NCBI RefSeq assembly: GCF_043423005.1
Contig: NZ_JBHWMI010000029.1
Location: 196-64,195, forward strand
Direction of reading: 5' to 3'
Length of the DNA stretch: 64,000 nucleotides
DNA from: Qipengyuania sp.
GTDB taxonomy: Bacteria; Pseudomonadota; Alphaproteobacteria; Sphingomonadales; Sphingomonadaceae
The translations under genes and the position numbers were made by a program. Each line of letters begins with the position of its first letter. The stretch's first letter is position 1. The notes under the pieces are model-generated. The model was not told the origin of the DNA, did not search any database, and saw nothing but the letters and a program-made list of their open reading frames with translations. Of this stretch, positions 29,604 through 38,659 are shown in pieces.

Positions 29604-29670
29604 TGGGGGGTGTCAGTCGAGAGAAACCTTTCCCGTTCGGGAAGGGGCCAGGAGCCCCGGACACCCCCCA
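29604..29670. other. Nested inverted-repeat structure, candidate oriT region
   Basis: TGGGGGGTGTC (29604-29614) / GACACCCCCCA (29660-29670) enclose two small hairpins. Confidence 0.5.
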
Positions 29671-32600
29671 CTTCAGGCAAGGGCCAATTCCTGTTCGTCT
29701 TCGTCGACGGCGACTTTGTAGCTGTCGATCGGCAGGGCCTCAACGCGCTTTTCAAACGCCGCCAGAACGATGCGACCCAGGCCCGGCTGCGAGACGCGGC
29801 AGCACGCAAATGGGCAAGGGGCGAACGCAGCGCCGACCGGCGCGCTCGTCGTCGGCTCGAAAAGCAAATGCGCGAATGGAATCGGGCAGGAAATTGCCGG
29901 GTCCGCGTGCGCGCCCCTCGGTCCGATGCCGAAACCGAGCGGCTCGAACGACAACGCCAGCGGCAACGCGCTAAGCTGGCGCCCGTAACTTCCCTCACCA
30001 GGCCGCTACGCGGGCTTCCCAGGTATCGCGCCGTCATCGTCGACAAGGCCGGCCGGCGCGGGATCTTCGTCGACTTCGTCTACGATTCCGCCAAGGACAA
30101 CCGCTTCGGTGTGGCCAGGCGACGGGTCGAATACATGTTCAAGGATGGCCACGCCGAACTGGTAGACGGGCAGATCATCTTCCGCTCGAATTTGGGCGAG
30201 AGTTACGGCGAGATCATCGCGGCGGTGACCGTGATCGAGACCGCCAACAGGTCGGCCCGCAAGAACGCCAAGGTCGGAACGAACGCCATCTACCAGTTCG
30301 CCGCCGATCTCGACCAGGCGGGACGGCTTCGCGCGATGAAGCTGCTCGCCGCCAAGTACGAAGCGCTCGGGCTTGCCTATGTGATGGTGCCGCATGTGCC
30401 GTCCCCCGGCTCGGACCAGCGCAATTTCCATGTCCACGTATGGTCGACGATCCGGCCAATGGAGCGGGTTGGCCCTTACGAATGGAATATTGGGCAGCAA
30501 CTGCGCACCGATTGCGACGGGCCCGATGCTCTTTACGACCTGCGCCGGACATGGGCCGAGATTTGCACCAAGGTCAGCCACGAGCGAGGGGAGCGCTATC
30601 GCTACACCCATCTCGGCAACGCCGAACGCGGCCTCCCGCACCGAGCGCAGGAGCGTCTGGGAAAGCTTCAGGTGGACAACTGGCGCAAGGGCAAGCACGA
30701 GGAGGCGGTCGCCGCAATGGGGGCGACGATCGCCGCCAACGAAGCTCTTGTCGCGGAGATCGACCAGCGCAAAGCGCACGAGAAGGACGAGGCGGCACGA
30801 ACATCCTCCGATGACCTCGAACGTCTCGCAGCCACCAAACATGGGTCGCGACCGGCACCGGCCCGGCGGATCGAGTCCGGGAAGGAGATGCAAGACGTTC
30901 CCGTCGCGGCGACGGAGACCGGCTCATCGTCCGGTCGTTCGCTCGCGCCCACCGATCTTGCAAAGTCCGTCCCCGGTCCAGCGGCGGGTCCAGTTCCAGC
31001 TGCAGCAGTCAGCCCGCCAACTGGCCCAAGCATGCCGCCCGAGAAGGAAAAGCGGCCGCAATTATTGCGAGCGCCTCCAGCGACACCGGTGCCGAGACTG
31101 AAACCGACGCCCGATCACCCGCACCCGATTCCGCTCGCACCGACGCCTTCACCGACAGCGCCTATGCAGCTTTCACCGGTTGGCACATGGCCGACGCCGC
31201 CTGCATTGTCGGCTTTTGCCGGTGAGCGGCCACCGCGCCTGACCGCGACGCCTGAACGACAATCAGCGCCGAAGCTCGGACCCACCCGGGTTTCTGCTGT
31301 AGTCCGGCTTACGCCGATCACCGTGCCCCGACCCATCGCGCTGAAACCCATCCCACCGATGCCATCGCCACCGAAGCTGTCAGCAGCGCCGAAGAGTATC
31401 GTTCCGCTTCCACTCAAGCCTACGAGCAATATTCGAATCGTCGAACTCGCTCCGGTATCGCGTCCAGGCATTCCGGTCCTTACGCCCGTAATCCGTCCGC
31501 CAAACCCTGTTCTCACGCCGACCCCGAAGCCGCTCGAATGCCCCGTTCTAACCGCGACATCGAGCGTGACGATCCCGCGCCTGCAGCCGACAGCGTCCAC
31601 GCCCGTGCCCCGGCTTTATCCGGTTGGCAGACCGCCAGTTCCTTTCCTCACCCCGACGATGCCCGACCCGGAGCGCGAGCAGCGCGACGATTTCACGAAG
31701 CGCTTGCTGTTCGGGCGCCTCTCGCTCGGCCTTGCCATCCAGGGCGCGCAGCTGTCCATGACGGGCGAGCGTCTCGCGCATGGCCGTGCTGCGACGGGCG
31801 AGGAAGAGGCTTTGCTCGATCGGGCAAGCCTGGAAGTATTCGCGGTCAATCGTGCGGTCGCGTTGCGTGCGAAGGCCACGATTGGCCGGCTCGTGGCTCT
31901 TTACATCGAGCGCGAGGACCGGTCGGACCCTCATACCCCGGCGATTGCATCATTCGCATCCGGCAACCGTTCCATCGGCATTTTGCCGCACGCTCAGGAG
32001 GCGGTTGCCGAGGCTCATCCATCAGAGGTCCAGCCCGGTAAGGCAATGCGCGCCCCACCCCCTACTGGTGCGTCCGATACCTCGGCAAGCGGTGGCGGGT
32101 TGGGGATTTCGCCCTCGCGCTCCTCCGATGTCGAGCAGTCCGGTGAAGACCTGGTTGATGAGACAGATTGGCGTCGCAGTGGTCGGGCTGTCGATCCACT
32201 GGAGCGGATACAGTGGTGGTTCGCCGACATGCGCCGCCAGCAACGAAAACGCCTGGTGCGGTTCCGAGGAAGCATGCTTGCGCTGCCGCAGGATGTCCTT
32301 GCGCAGCTCGAGCTCACGGTTAACGAATTTGCTACCCCCGAAATGCAAAATGCGCTGCGAGCAGAACACATCCAACAGATCGATGATATCGGGCGCATCG
32401 TCGAGCACTTCGCCGCCAAGCCCGGAGACCTATACGCTGTCACCGGAGGAAGGCGGGCGCATCAGGACGTGCCGCGCGACATACGCGAAGAGGTCGACCG
32501 GTGGCTGATGGAACCCATTGTTCAATCGGCACTGTGCGAGCTGTCCGCGATGCACGATGTAGTTGCCGACAGCCCTCAATATCAGCGCCGCATCGACCTG

Positions 32601-32810
32601 CTCCACGACATCATCTATCCTCGCGCACGCGTTCAAGCGCGGCCGTTGGATGACACGCAAACCGGGCCTCGAGGAGCAGCTGTATCTCCCGTCGAAACCG
32701 ACACTGGCGTGGCGATTAAGAACGATCATGAATCGCCTGCCGACGAGACAGCGCCCCGCCCGGTTGGATGGCCATTTCCCGGGTCAGATTCGGGCCGCGG
32801 GGGCGCTTAG
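29610..32810 (+). CDS. MobA/MobL-family (MOBQ-like) relaxase with Pro-rich repeat linker
   Basis: ETANRSARKNAKV, HVPSPGSDQRNFHVHVWSTIRP (HUH motif), LRRTWAEICTK, YTHLGNAERG; start uncertain. Confidence 0.8.
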   Translation: MSVERNLSRSGRGQEPRTPPTSGKGQFLFVFVDGDFVAVDRQGLNALFKRRQNDATQARLRDAAARKWARGERSADRRARRRLEKQMREWNRAGNCRVRVRAPRSDAETERLERQRQRQRAKLAPVTSLTRPLRGLPRYRAVIVDKAGRRGIFVDFVYDSAKDNRFGVARRRVEYMFKDGHAELVDGQIIFRSNLGESYGEIIAAVTVIETANRSARKNAKVGTNAIYQFAADLDQAGRLRAMKLLAAKYEALGLAYVMVPHVPSPGSDQRNFHVHVWSTIRPMERVGPYEWNIGQQLRTDCDGPDALYDLRRTWAEICTKVSHERGERYRYTHLGNAERGLPHRAQERLGKLQVDNWRKGKHEEAVAAMGATIAANEALVAEIDQRKAHEKDEAARTSSDDLERLAATKHGSRPAPARRIESGKEMQDVPVAATETGSSSGRSLAPTDLAKSVPGPAAGPVPAAAVSPPTGPSMPPEKEKRPQLLRAPPATPVPRLKPTPDHPHPIPLAPTPSPTAPMQLSPVGTWPTPPALSAFAGERPPRLTATPERQSAPKLGPTRVSAVVRLTPITVPRPIALKPIPPMPSPPKLSAAPKSIVPLPLKPTSNIRIVELAPVSRPGIPVLTPVIRPPNPVLTPTPKPLECPVLTATSSVTIPRLQPTASTPVPRLYPVGRPPVPFLTPTMPDPEREQRDDFTKRLLFGRLSLGLAIQGAQLSMTGERLAHGRAATGEEEALLDRASLEVFAVNRAVALRAKATIGRLVALYIEREDRSDPHTPAIASFASGNRSIGILPHAQEAVAEAHPSEVQPGKAMRAPPPTGASDTSASGGGLGISPSRSSDVEQSGEDLVDETDWRRSGRAVDPLERIQWWFADMRRQQRKRLVRFRGSMLALPQDVLAQLELTVNEFATPEMQNALRAEHIQQIDDIGRIVEHFAAKPGDLYAVTGGRRAHQDVPRDIREEVDRWLMEPIVQSALCELSAMHDVVADSPQYQRRIDLLHDIIYPRARVQARPLDDTQTGPRGAAVSPVETDTGVAIKNDHESPADETAPRPVGWPFPGSDSGRGGA

Positions 32811-32912
32811 AACAGAATGGTGAAGTGGCCGGGGTGAGCCCGGTTGAAGGAATGGAAAAGGGAGCAGGACGCTCGCTTGCGTTCCGCCGGGTTCAGGCCG
32901 GAGGCCGTACCC

Positions 32913-33725
32913 ATGAAGTATCAGAAATTCGACTATCCCGAATGCTACCAGACCGATCACGTCCAGGTGCTCGATATCGAGACGCTTGCGCCGGTAAACG
33001 AGGGCGGTTCATTCCCGCCCTGGCCGCTCCACGAGCCTGTGTGCGCCAGCGTCCTCACACAGAAGAAGGTCGGCGACGATTATGCGTTCGACATCGAGAC
33101 GGTCGACTTCGCCAACGAACGCGCGGGCCTTCGCCGGCTGTTCGAATTGCTCGATCCGGGAGCGACGTTGGTCAGCTGGAATGGGCGGGGCTTCGACGTC
33201 CCCGTCCTCCAGCTTGCCGCCGCGCGGCAGCGGCTATTCGAGGACAACGCTCTGCGCACAGCCTGGATGGCACCGCGCTGGGCGATCACCCACGCCGACC
33301 TCGCCGAACTTTACGGACGTTTCGGCGGAGCAGGACGACCGAGCCTGGCGAACGTGTGCAAGGCGCTTGGCATCGACGCGAAGACCCAAGGCAGCGGCGA
33401 CAGCGTCGCGGCGATGATCGCCGACGGTCGCGAGCAGCAGGTGTTCCGCTACTGCGAGGAAGATATCACCATCACCTGGCTGGCGTGGCTCCATTACGCC
33501 GCCGCGCGATATGCTGATGGCGGCAAGCTCGCACAGCCACTCGCCGCCTTCGACCGCTGGCTCGCCGACGATACCGAGGGGCGTTTTGCCCACCTCAGGC
33601 ACCTGCGCAATCTCCCGCTCTTCCGTCACGCTCGCGAGGCGGAACCTGTCTTCCGCCTCGATCGGCTTATCGAGCGGACCGACAGGCGCGTGAACATCGC
33701 CAACATGCGCCCCAGCGCGATGTGA
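32913..33725 (+). CDS. 3'-5' exonuclease (PolB-exonuclease-like, DEDDy)
   Basis: LDIET, SWNGRGFDVPVL, HADL, YCEED; GGAGG upstream of ATG 32913. Confidence 0.85.
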   Translation: MKYQKFDYPECYQTDHVQVLDIETLAPVNEGGSFPPWPLHEPVCASVLTQKKVGDDYAFDIETVDFANERAGLRRLFELLDPGATLVSWNGRGFDVPVLQLAAARQRLFEDNALRTAWMAPRWAITHADLAELYGRFGGAGRPSLANVCKALGIDAKTQGSGDSVAAMIADGREQQVFRYCEEDITITWLAWLHYAAARYADGGKLAQPLAAFDRWLADDTEGRFAHLRHLRNLPLFRHAREAEPVFRLDRLIERTDRRVNIANMRPSAM

Positions 33726-33782
33726 GCTGACTTTCCTTGCCGAGACAGAAGGCAGGGATGGGAATTGAAAGGAAAATTCGAA

Positions 33783-34334
33783 ATGACTGACACGTTCACC
33801 GCGTGCTGCCTGCGCACGCGTCCTGCCGACGCAAACGACCGAGGCGACACGATCTACATCCACGCAGCCGGCGCAGCCCGCTTCGTTTTCGATAACGGGC
33901 ACTGGACCGTCCATACATCAAGCTGGGTGTGCGGCGGGCACTCCGATCCGGATGGCAGTGCCCTGCAGTGGATCGCGAACCAGGCCGTCATGCAGCCGCT
34001 CGTGTTCTGGTCCATGCCGGAGTTCGTTGGGCAGGCGATTGCGCTGGTCGATCAGGTCGACATCTCGGGCAACAACGATCCCACCGACGATCTGAAGGCG
34101 ATACGCATGGCTGTCTGCCGGAGCGCCATTCCCTCGGTACAAGCATACTATCCGCGTACCGAGATCCTAACGGGTCTTTCGCCTAATGATGAGCGCAACC
34201 GCGAGCTCCTGACCACAATGCTGGGGACGGGCGACACGTCGCTCATCTCCCTGCACCGCTCGGTCATTGCCGAGGCCGAGTTCATCGGGCGCCTAGCAAT
34301 CAACGCACTCGGACGCGGAGCCGAGCTCGACTGA
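33783..34334 (+). CDS. Hypothetical protein, possibly an inactive exonuclease-fold paralog
   Basis: Lies between two exonucleases; similar order of hydrophobic motifs without the acidic catalytic residues. Confidence 0.55.
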   Translation: MTDTFTACCLRTRPADANDRGDTIYIHAAGAARFVFDNGHWTVHTSSWVCGGHSDPDGSALQWIANQAVMQPLVFWSMPEFVGQAIALVDQVDISGNNDPTDDLKAIRMAVCRSAIPSVQAYYPRTEILTGLSPNDERNRELLTTMLGTGDTSLISLHRSVIAEAEFIGRLAINALGRGAELD

Positions 34335-34406
34335 CCATGACAGCGAACACTCACCGCCAGCGCGCCCCGCCTTGGGGTATAGTTGCCTCACCAATGACAT
34401 TCTTCC

Positions 34407-34428
34407 GCCCGCTGCATGCGGGCTTTTT
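34407..34428 (+). terminator. Intrinsic terminator
   Basis: GCCCGC-TGCAT-GCGGGC-TTTTT. Confidence 0.65.
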
Positions 34429-34448
34429 ATTGCCCGGAGTAAATCAAC

Positions 34449-35276
34449 ATGACCGACCAGACTTCCGATCTGCTGCCCGTCGAGCAGCAAGCCGACCTGC
34501 GCCAGAACACCCACACGCTTGGCGAGGAGGCAGCGCTGTTCCTCGCCGACCGATCCGCCACCAGTCCATGGCACCGGATAATCGTCTGCGACTTCGAGTT
34601 CCTCTACGATATGGACGCCTTCAAGCGTTATCAGGTCGCCGAAAACGATGCCACGCAAGGCTTCGTCCGCTGGCCGTTCCACCGGATCGTCGCGGGCGCA
34701 TGGTGCATGCTGACTATATCGCCGGACATGGATCGACCTGTCGTCACCAATGTCGAAGCGATTACGAACCAGCCCGAAGAGGACATCGTCGGCGCGTTCT
34801 TCGCCCTGTGCTCGGCGTTTCAGGACGCCAGGATCATCAGCTGGGGAGGAGAAGCCAAGGACTTTCTCTGCCTTAAGCGCGCAGCGATGGAACGCGGCAT
34901 GATCTTGCCGCCGCAACTGCGCGATCCCGCACCTTTCGCGCGCACGCGCCTGGACCTCTCGAGCGCGGTGCGCTCGCTCGGTCATTACGTCCATCTCCCG
35001 GAGTTCTGCGAGGCCATCGGCGTTGCCTCGAAGCCGATGCCCTCGAAGGACATCTCGCTCGCGGTCAGGCATGGCGCATGGGACCATGTGGAGACGCAGG
35101 TCGTGGCTGACGTCTGCACGATCGCACAGGTGGCCTGGCGCTATTTTCTTGCGACCGGGGCGGCCTCTGGTGCGCCTGATGCTGGTGACGACGCAGTCCT
35201 TGCGGCGCTCGCCGAGAGGTTTCCAAATGATGCTTGGCTTGCAAGACTAGCGAAACCGCTTCAGCTGGCAGCGTGA
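34449..35276 (+). CDS. Divergent 3'-5' exonuclease-like protein
   Basis: VCDFEF, WPFHRIV, ISWGGEAKDF, RLDL, QVVADV. Confidence 0.72.
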   Translation: MTDQTSDLLPVEQQADLRQNTHTLGEEAALFLADRSATSPWHRIIVCDFEFLYDMDAFKRYQVAENDATQGFVRWPFHRIVAGAWCMLTISPDMDRPVVTNVEAITNQPEEDIVGAFFALCSAFQDARIISWGGEAKDFLCLKRAAMERGMILPPQLRDPAPFARTRLDLSSAVRSLGHYVHLPEFCEAIGVASKPMPSKDISLAVRHGAWDHVETQVVADVCTIAQVAWRYFLATGAASGAPDAGDDAVLAALAERFPNDAWLARLAKPLQLAA

Positions 35277-35280
35277 ACTA

Positions 35281-35308
35281 AGGGCCCCGGCGACAACGTC
35301 GGGGCCCT
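35281..35308. terminator. 12-bp hairpin between convergent genes
   Basis: AGGGCCCCGGCG-ACAA-CGTCGGGGCCCT right after the stop; no U tract. Confidence 0.55.
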
Positions 35309-35481
35309 CGTGGCGCAACGGCGATAGACCGAATATCCCAAGCAGCATTAGCATTCTGCGGGTTCGGCCGCGCAAAATGCGGTGAAGGCATGAACAATGC
35401 TCCCTTTTTTTGCCGCTAGCTTCGCATGCGCTCTCTAGCTGCGACCGGTTCCGCGCCGTAGAGCATCATGCGCCGCCTTCG

Positions 35482-36196
35482 TCATTCGTCGTCGACGAAT
35501 GTGAACTCGGCAGTATCCAGCGGAAAGGCATCGTGGTCGTCGTCGAACCTGTTCCCCGTATCGTCTGACCGTGCGTTGACCGCAGGGATATTCACCGCCA
35601 CCTTGTGTTCTTCCATTAGTCCATCTCTGCTGTCTCCTGCTGCTGTGGATTGCGCAGCCGGCTCGGCGACAATTCGGCTCAGAAGCAGCGCGAGTGTTTC
35701 GGTTGTTCGGCGTGCTTCCTCCAGCGCAGCTTCGGTTCCGGTTAGTCGGCCCTGGAGATCTTCGAGACTTTCGCGCGGGGTCGCTTCTTGGTCTAGCGCC
35801 TCCTCGAGACGCTGCTCCGTTTCAGCTGCGACGTCCTCGAGGTCGGTAATCTTTGCCTCGAGTGCCTTGATCTGCGCGCGCGCCTTCTACGACCTCGATC
35901 TCTGTCTTCTCGCGGTCCGTGGCGATGTGCCGAGCTACGACTTCGTTCACGATCGTCCGAACCCGAGCGATGTCATCATCAGTGACGTATTGCTCGGGCT
36001 CCGGCTCCTCGAGTTTCTCCTTGTACCTGTCGCGGTGCTTGAGCAGGGTCTTGAGACTGCCCCTGTCCCCCACAGCTGTTCGGATCTCCCGTGCTGGGAT
36101 CTGCTCGATGGCTTTCCCTGTCGCTCGGATGGTGTCGACCGCCTCGACTACCTCATCGTAGGTCACGGGGTTTGTTCCGTGTGACATCTTGTACAC
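35482..36196 (-). pseudogene. KfrA-like DNA-binding/coiled-coil protein, frameshifted
   Basis: N-terminus VTYDEVVEAVDTIRATG...AREIRTAVGDRGSLKTLLKH. A coiled-coil continuation (AQIKALEAKITDLEDVAAETEQRLEEAL...FVDDE*) lies in another frame after the GC run at 35874-35883. Confidence 0.68.
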
Positions 36197-36676
36197 TCCT
36201 GTACGCCGTACGGGGTGTACGTACGGCTTATTGAAACAGGCGCGTCTGGGTGAAGTCGCGCCGCCCGGCGGAAAATGCGCAAGGCGACATCCCTAATAGG
36301 ACGGTATCCCTATTCCGTGGCAAGTGCCTCCGGGCGGAAATGCGACGGAATGCGAAATTTTTTTCACCAGCGTCGCGACGATGGCCTCGCGGCGCCGATT
36401 TTGTGTCGAAGCGGAACAGATCTTGTGTTGGCGGAGGAGTTCTCGGACCGACGAGTTGATGAGAGCTGGTCTTAACTTCGCCTTTATCTTTGAGCGCTAA
36501 CGTGCCGGATGAGCGTGTCCATATGTGCGGTATCGCCCGTACAAGTTGTAGCCTTTTGTGGGCGCTCCGGTCGTGAGTGGACAAGCCACGGATACGACAT
36601 CCCGACATCCATGAACGACAGGACAGGTGCGCCCGGCGCGCATCGGATCGTCGTTTCGTCCACAAAAGGCTCGCCA

Positions 36677-37368
36677 TGACGAAAACTTCCCCTTCCACCA
36701 CGACAATGCGCCGTTCGAAAAAAATTCGGACATCGTGTCCGAAAAAATCCGGTGCGGCGCATGATCATGTGGAAGCCGAAATCCATGCCTTCGATCCTGC
36801 CTCGCCGCAAGCACGCGAACTCGAGGCGCGCTACCGCAGCAGCGACTTCAACGCGGCGGCGGCTCTCAACGCTCGCAAATGCCGCGGGAACGCAGACGAT
36901 CTGCTCAGTGCGGCGATGGTGCATGCCCTTCGTCGGCCCAACTGGGCCGAAGGCGTTCAGGGCCGTATCGAAGGCATCCTGTCCAGCCATGCGTACACCA
37001 TCAACCGCACGCGCAAGCGGATGCAGCTGAAAGGTGTCGAGCTGATGTCGGATAACGACGGCGCCATCGTCGACAGGCATTGGCCCAGCCATCGCGACCC
37101 AGCCACCGAGATCGAGCGCGAGCGGCGACGCGCGGGGGCGACAAGGGCGCTCGAAATTATCGCCGGCGACGACCCGGAGATGCGCGCCTTGATAGACGGC
37201 ATCTGCCAGCGTGAACGAGGGCGCAAGCTGCGCGGCATGCTCGGCATCAGCGAACTCGAACTCGCAGCGTTGCGTCGCCGGCTCAAGCGCACTGCGCAGA
37301 CGGTGTGCCGGCCGCTATGTGTCGATGGCGAGATCGACCCGGACCTTCTACAGGACTTCGCGGCCTAG
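36677..37368 (+). CDS. ECF sigma-factor-like / HTH protein
   Basis: NADDLLSAAMVHAL (region 2-like) and RGRKLRGMLGISELELAALRRRLKR (region 4-like); start uncertain (alternative GTG 36769). Confidence 0.5.
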
Positions 37369-37916
37369 CACGATCGGCATGCCCTTCGCCCACCGCGTCG
37401 TTTTGCCGGTGCGGCGGGGGTGAGGCTGGCTACCCATCGCTCAAGCTCGGCCAGTTCGCTTGTCGATAGCTCGCTGACGCGGTGGCCGCGACCTGCGGCG
37501 GCGAGATGCGCCAAACTGGCGGGCAGCGGCGCGGGCTGGCCGTTTAGATAGACCGACACCGTACGATCAAACAGCAGGACCGGCTCGCGCACGTCTCTGT
37601 CCATCTCAGCCTGCGTAGGATGGTAAGCCGGATCGAGACGCTCGTAATCGCCGTCCTTGCCCATGCGGTACACAGCATCCGAGCGGTTACTGTGTCGTTG
37701 CTGGTAGTCGCCGTGCGACATCTTCTCCGCGACCTTTCCTGCCCAGAGCATCAGGCCGCGCTCCATCGAGCCGGAGCGGAAGCCCAAGATCCAGTCGCCA
37801 GGCCGCGCGATGCGGCGTATCACCGGCTTGCAGGTGGCGAGCGAGATCAGGCCGCCGTCGGGGCAGGGCGCCATGCCGCTGTCGTGGGTCAGGATGTAGC
37901 GATAGGCGCGGGTCAT
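37365..37916 (-). CDS. Nmad2-family (nucleotide modification associated domain 2) protein
   Basis: YRYILTHDSGMAPCP...SLATCKPVIRRIARPGDWILG signature. Confidence 0.8.
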   Translation of the reverse strand: MTRAYRYILTHDSGMAPCPDGGLISLATCKPVIRRIARPGDWILGFRSGSMERGLMLWAGKVAEKMSHGDYQQRHSNRSDAVYRMGKDGDYERLDPAYHPTQAEMDRDVREPVLLFDRTVSVYLNGQPAPLPASLAHLAAAGRGHRVSELSTSELAELERWVASLTPAAPAKRRGGRRACRSC

Positions 37917-38641
37917 ATGCGGATTGCCTCGATCATGGCGTCGATCCAGTCGCGCGCTTCGGCATCGTCACCGATGGCGCAGACGAACTCCTGTCCGCGC
38001 GAGACGAGCTGCAGGTAACCCGGCTCCGCCCAGCGCCATGGCTTGGCGTGGTAGCTGAGGCCGTTCGCTTCGATCCAGGGCGGCACGCACCACTGCGACA
38101 AGGGGCCGCCCGGGCGCGTCATGCGCAAGCTGTCGTGCGCCTGCCGTGCGGCAACGCCCTCGCCGCGATAGATGACATCGTTGGTGACGCGCCGGTCGAG
38201 CACGTGCGGGTGTTGCAGCGCGACCAGCTCGGCGCGCTCCCCGGCTGACAGTGCATCGACCGGAGTGGCCGTGCGGACCTTGCAGTAGCCGAAAATGCGG
38301 TGGTGCCGCTCTCCAGTGTGCGGATCGGCGAAGAGGCCGAAGAACAGGAACACATCGCCCGGGCCGACGTCATGGCGGGCGAGGTGCGACTGCGCTGCGC
38401 CGCATTGGCCCAGCAGGCATTCGCCGTCGTGAAACATTGGATCGTGGTGGCAAAGCTAGTCGGCGCTAATGCGACCGCGCGTGATCCGCTCAACAACCTC
38501 ACCCAGGCCGAGGTCAGCGTAGGTTGTCGTGGAACTGGTCGAAGCGGGGATCGGAATGCTGACGGGGCGACCGTCGATGATCGGCGAGGGGCATTTGCCG
38601 GCCGCTGAATCGAAGCCCTTGCGGCTGAGGATCAGCTTCAT
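37913..38641 (-). pseudogene. Nmad3-family protein interrupted by one in-frame TAG
   Basis: MKLILSRKGFDSAAG..PSPI..SIPIP, then ISAD*LCHHDP, GQCGAAQSHL, GDVFLFFGLF, HRIFGY, LSYH, RGQEFV; TAG at 38456-38458. Confidence 0.8.
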
Positions 38642-38659
38642 CGTATCGCGCCCTCGTGG

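Noticed and set aside
35468..36184. 238-aa plus-strand ORF spanning the kfrA-like locus
   Set aside because: Ser-rich antisense shadow of the minus-strand coiled-coil gene
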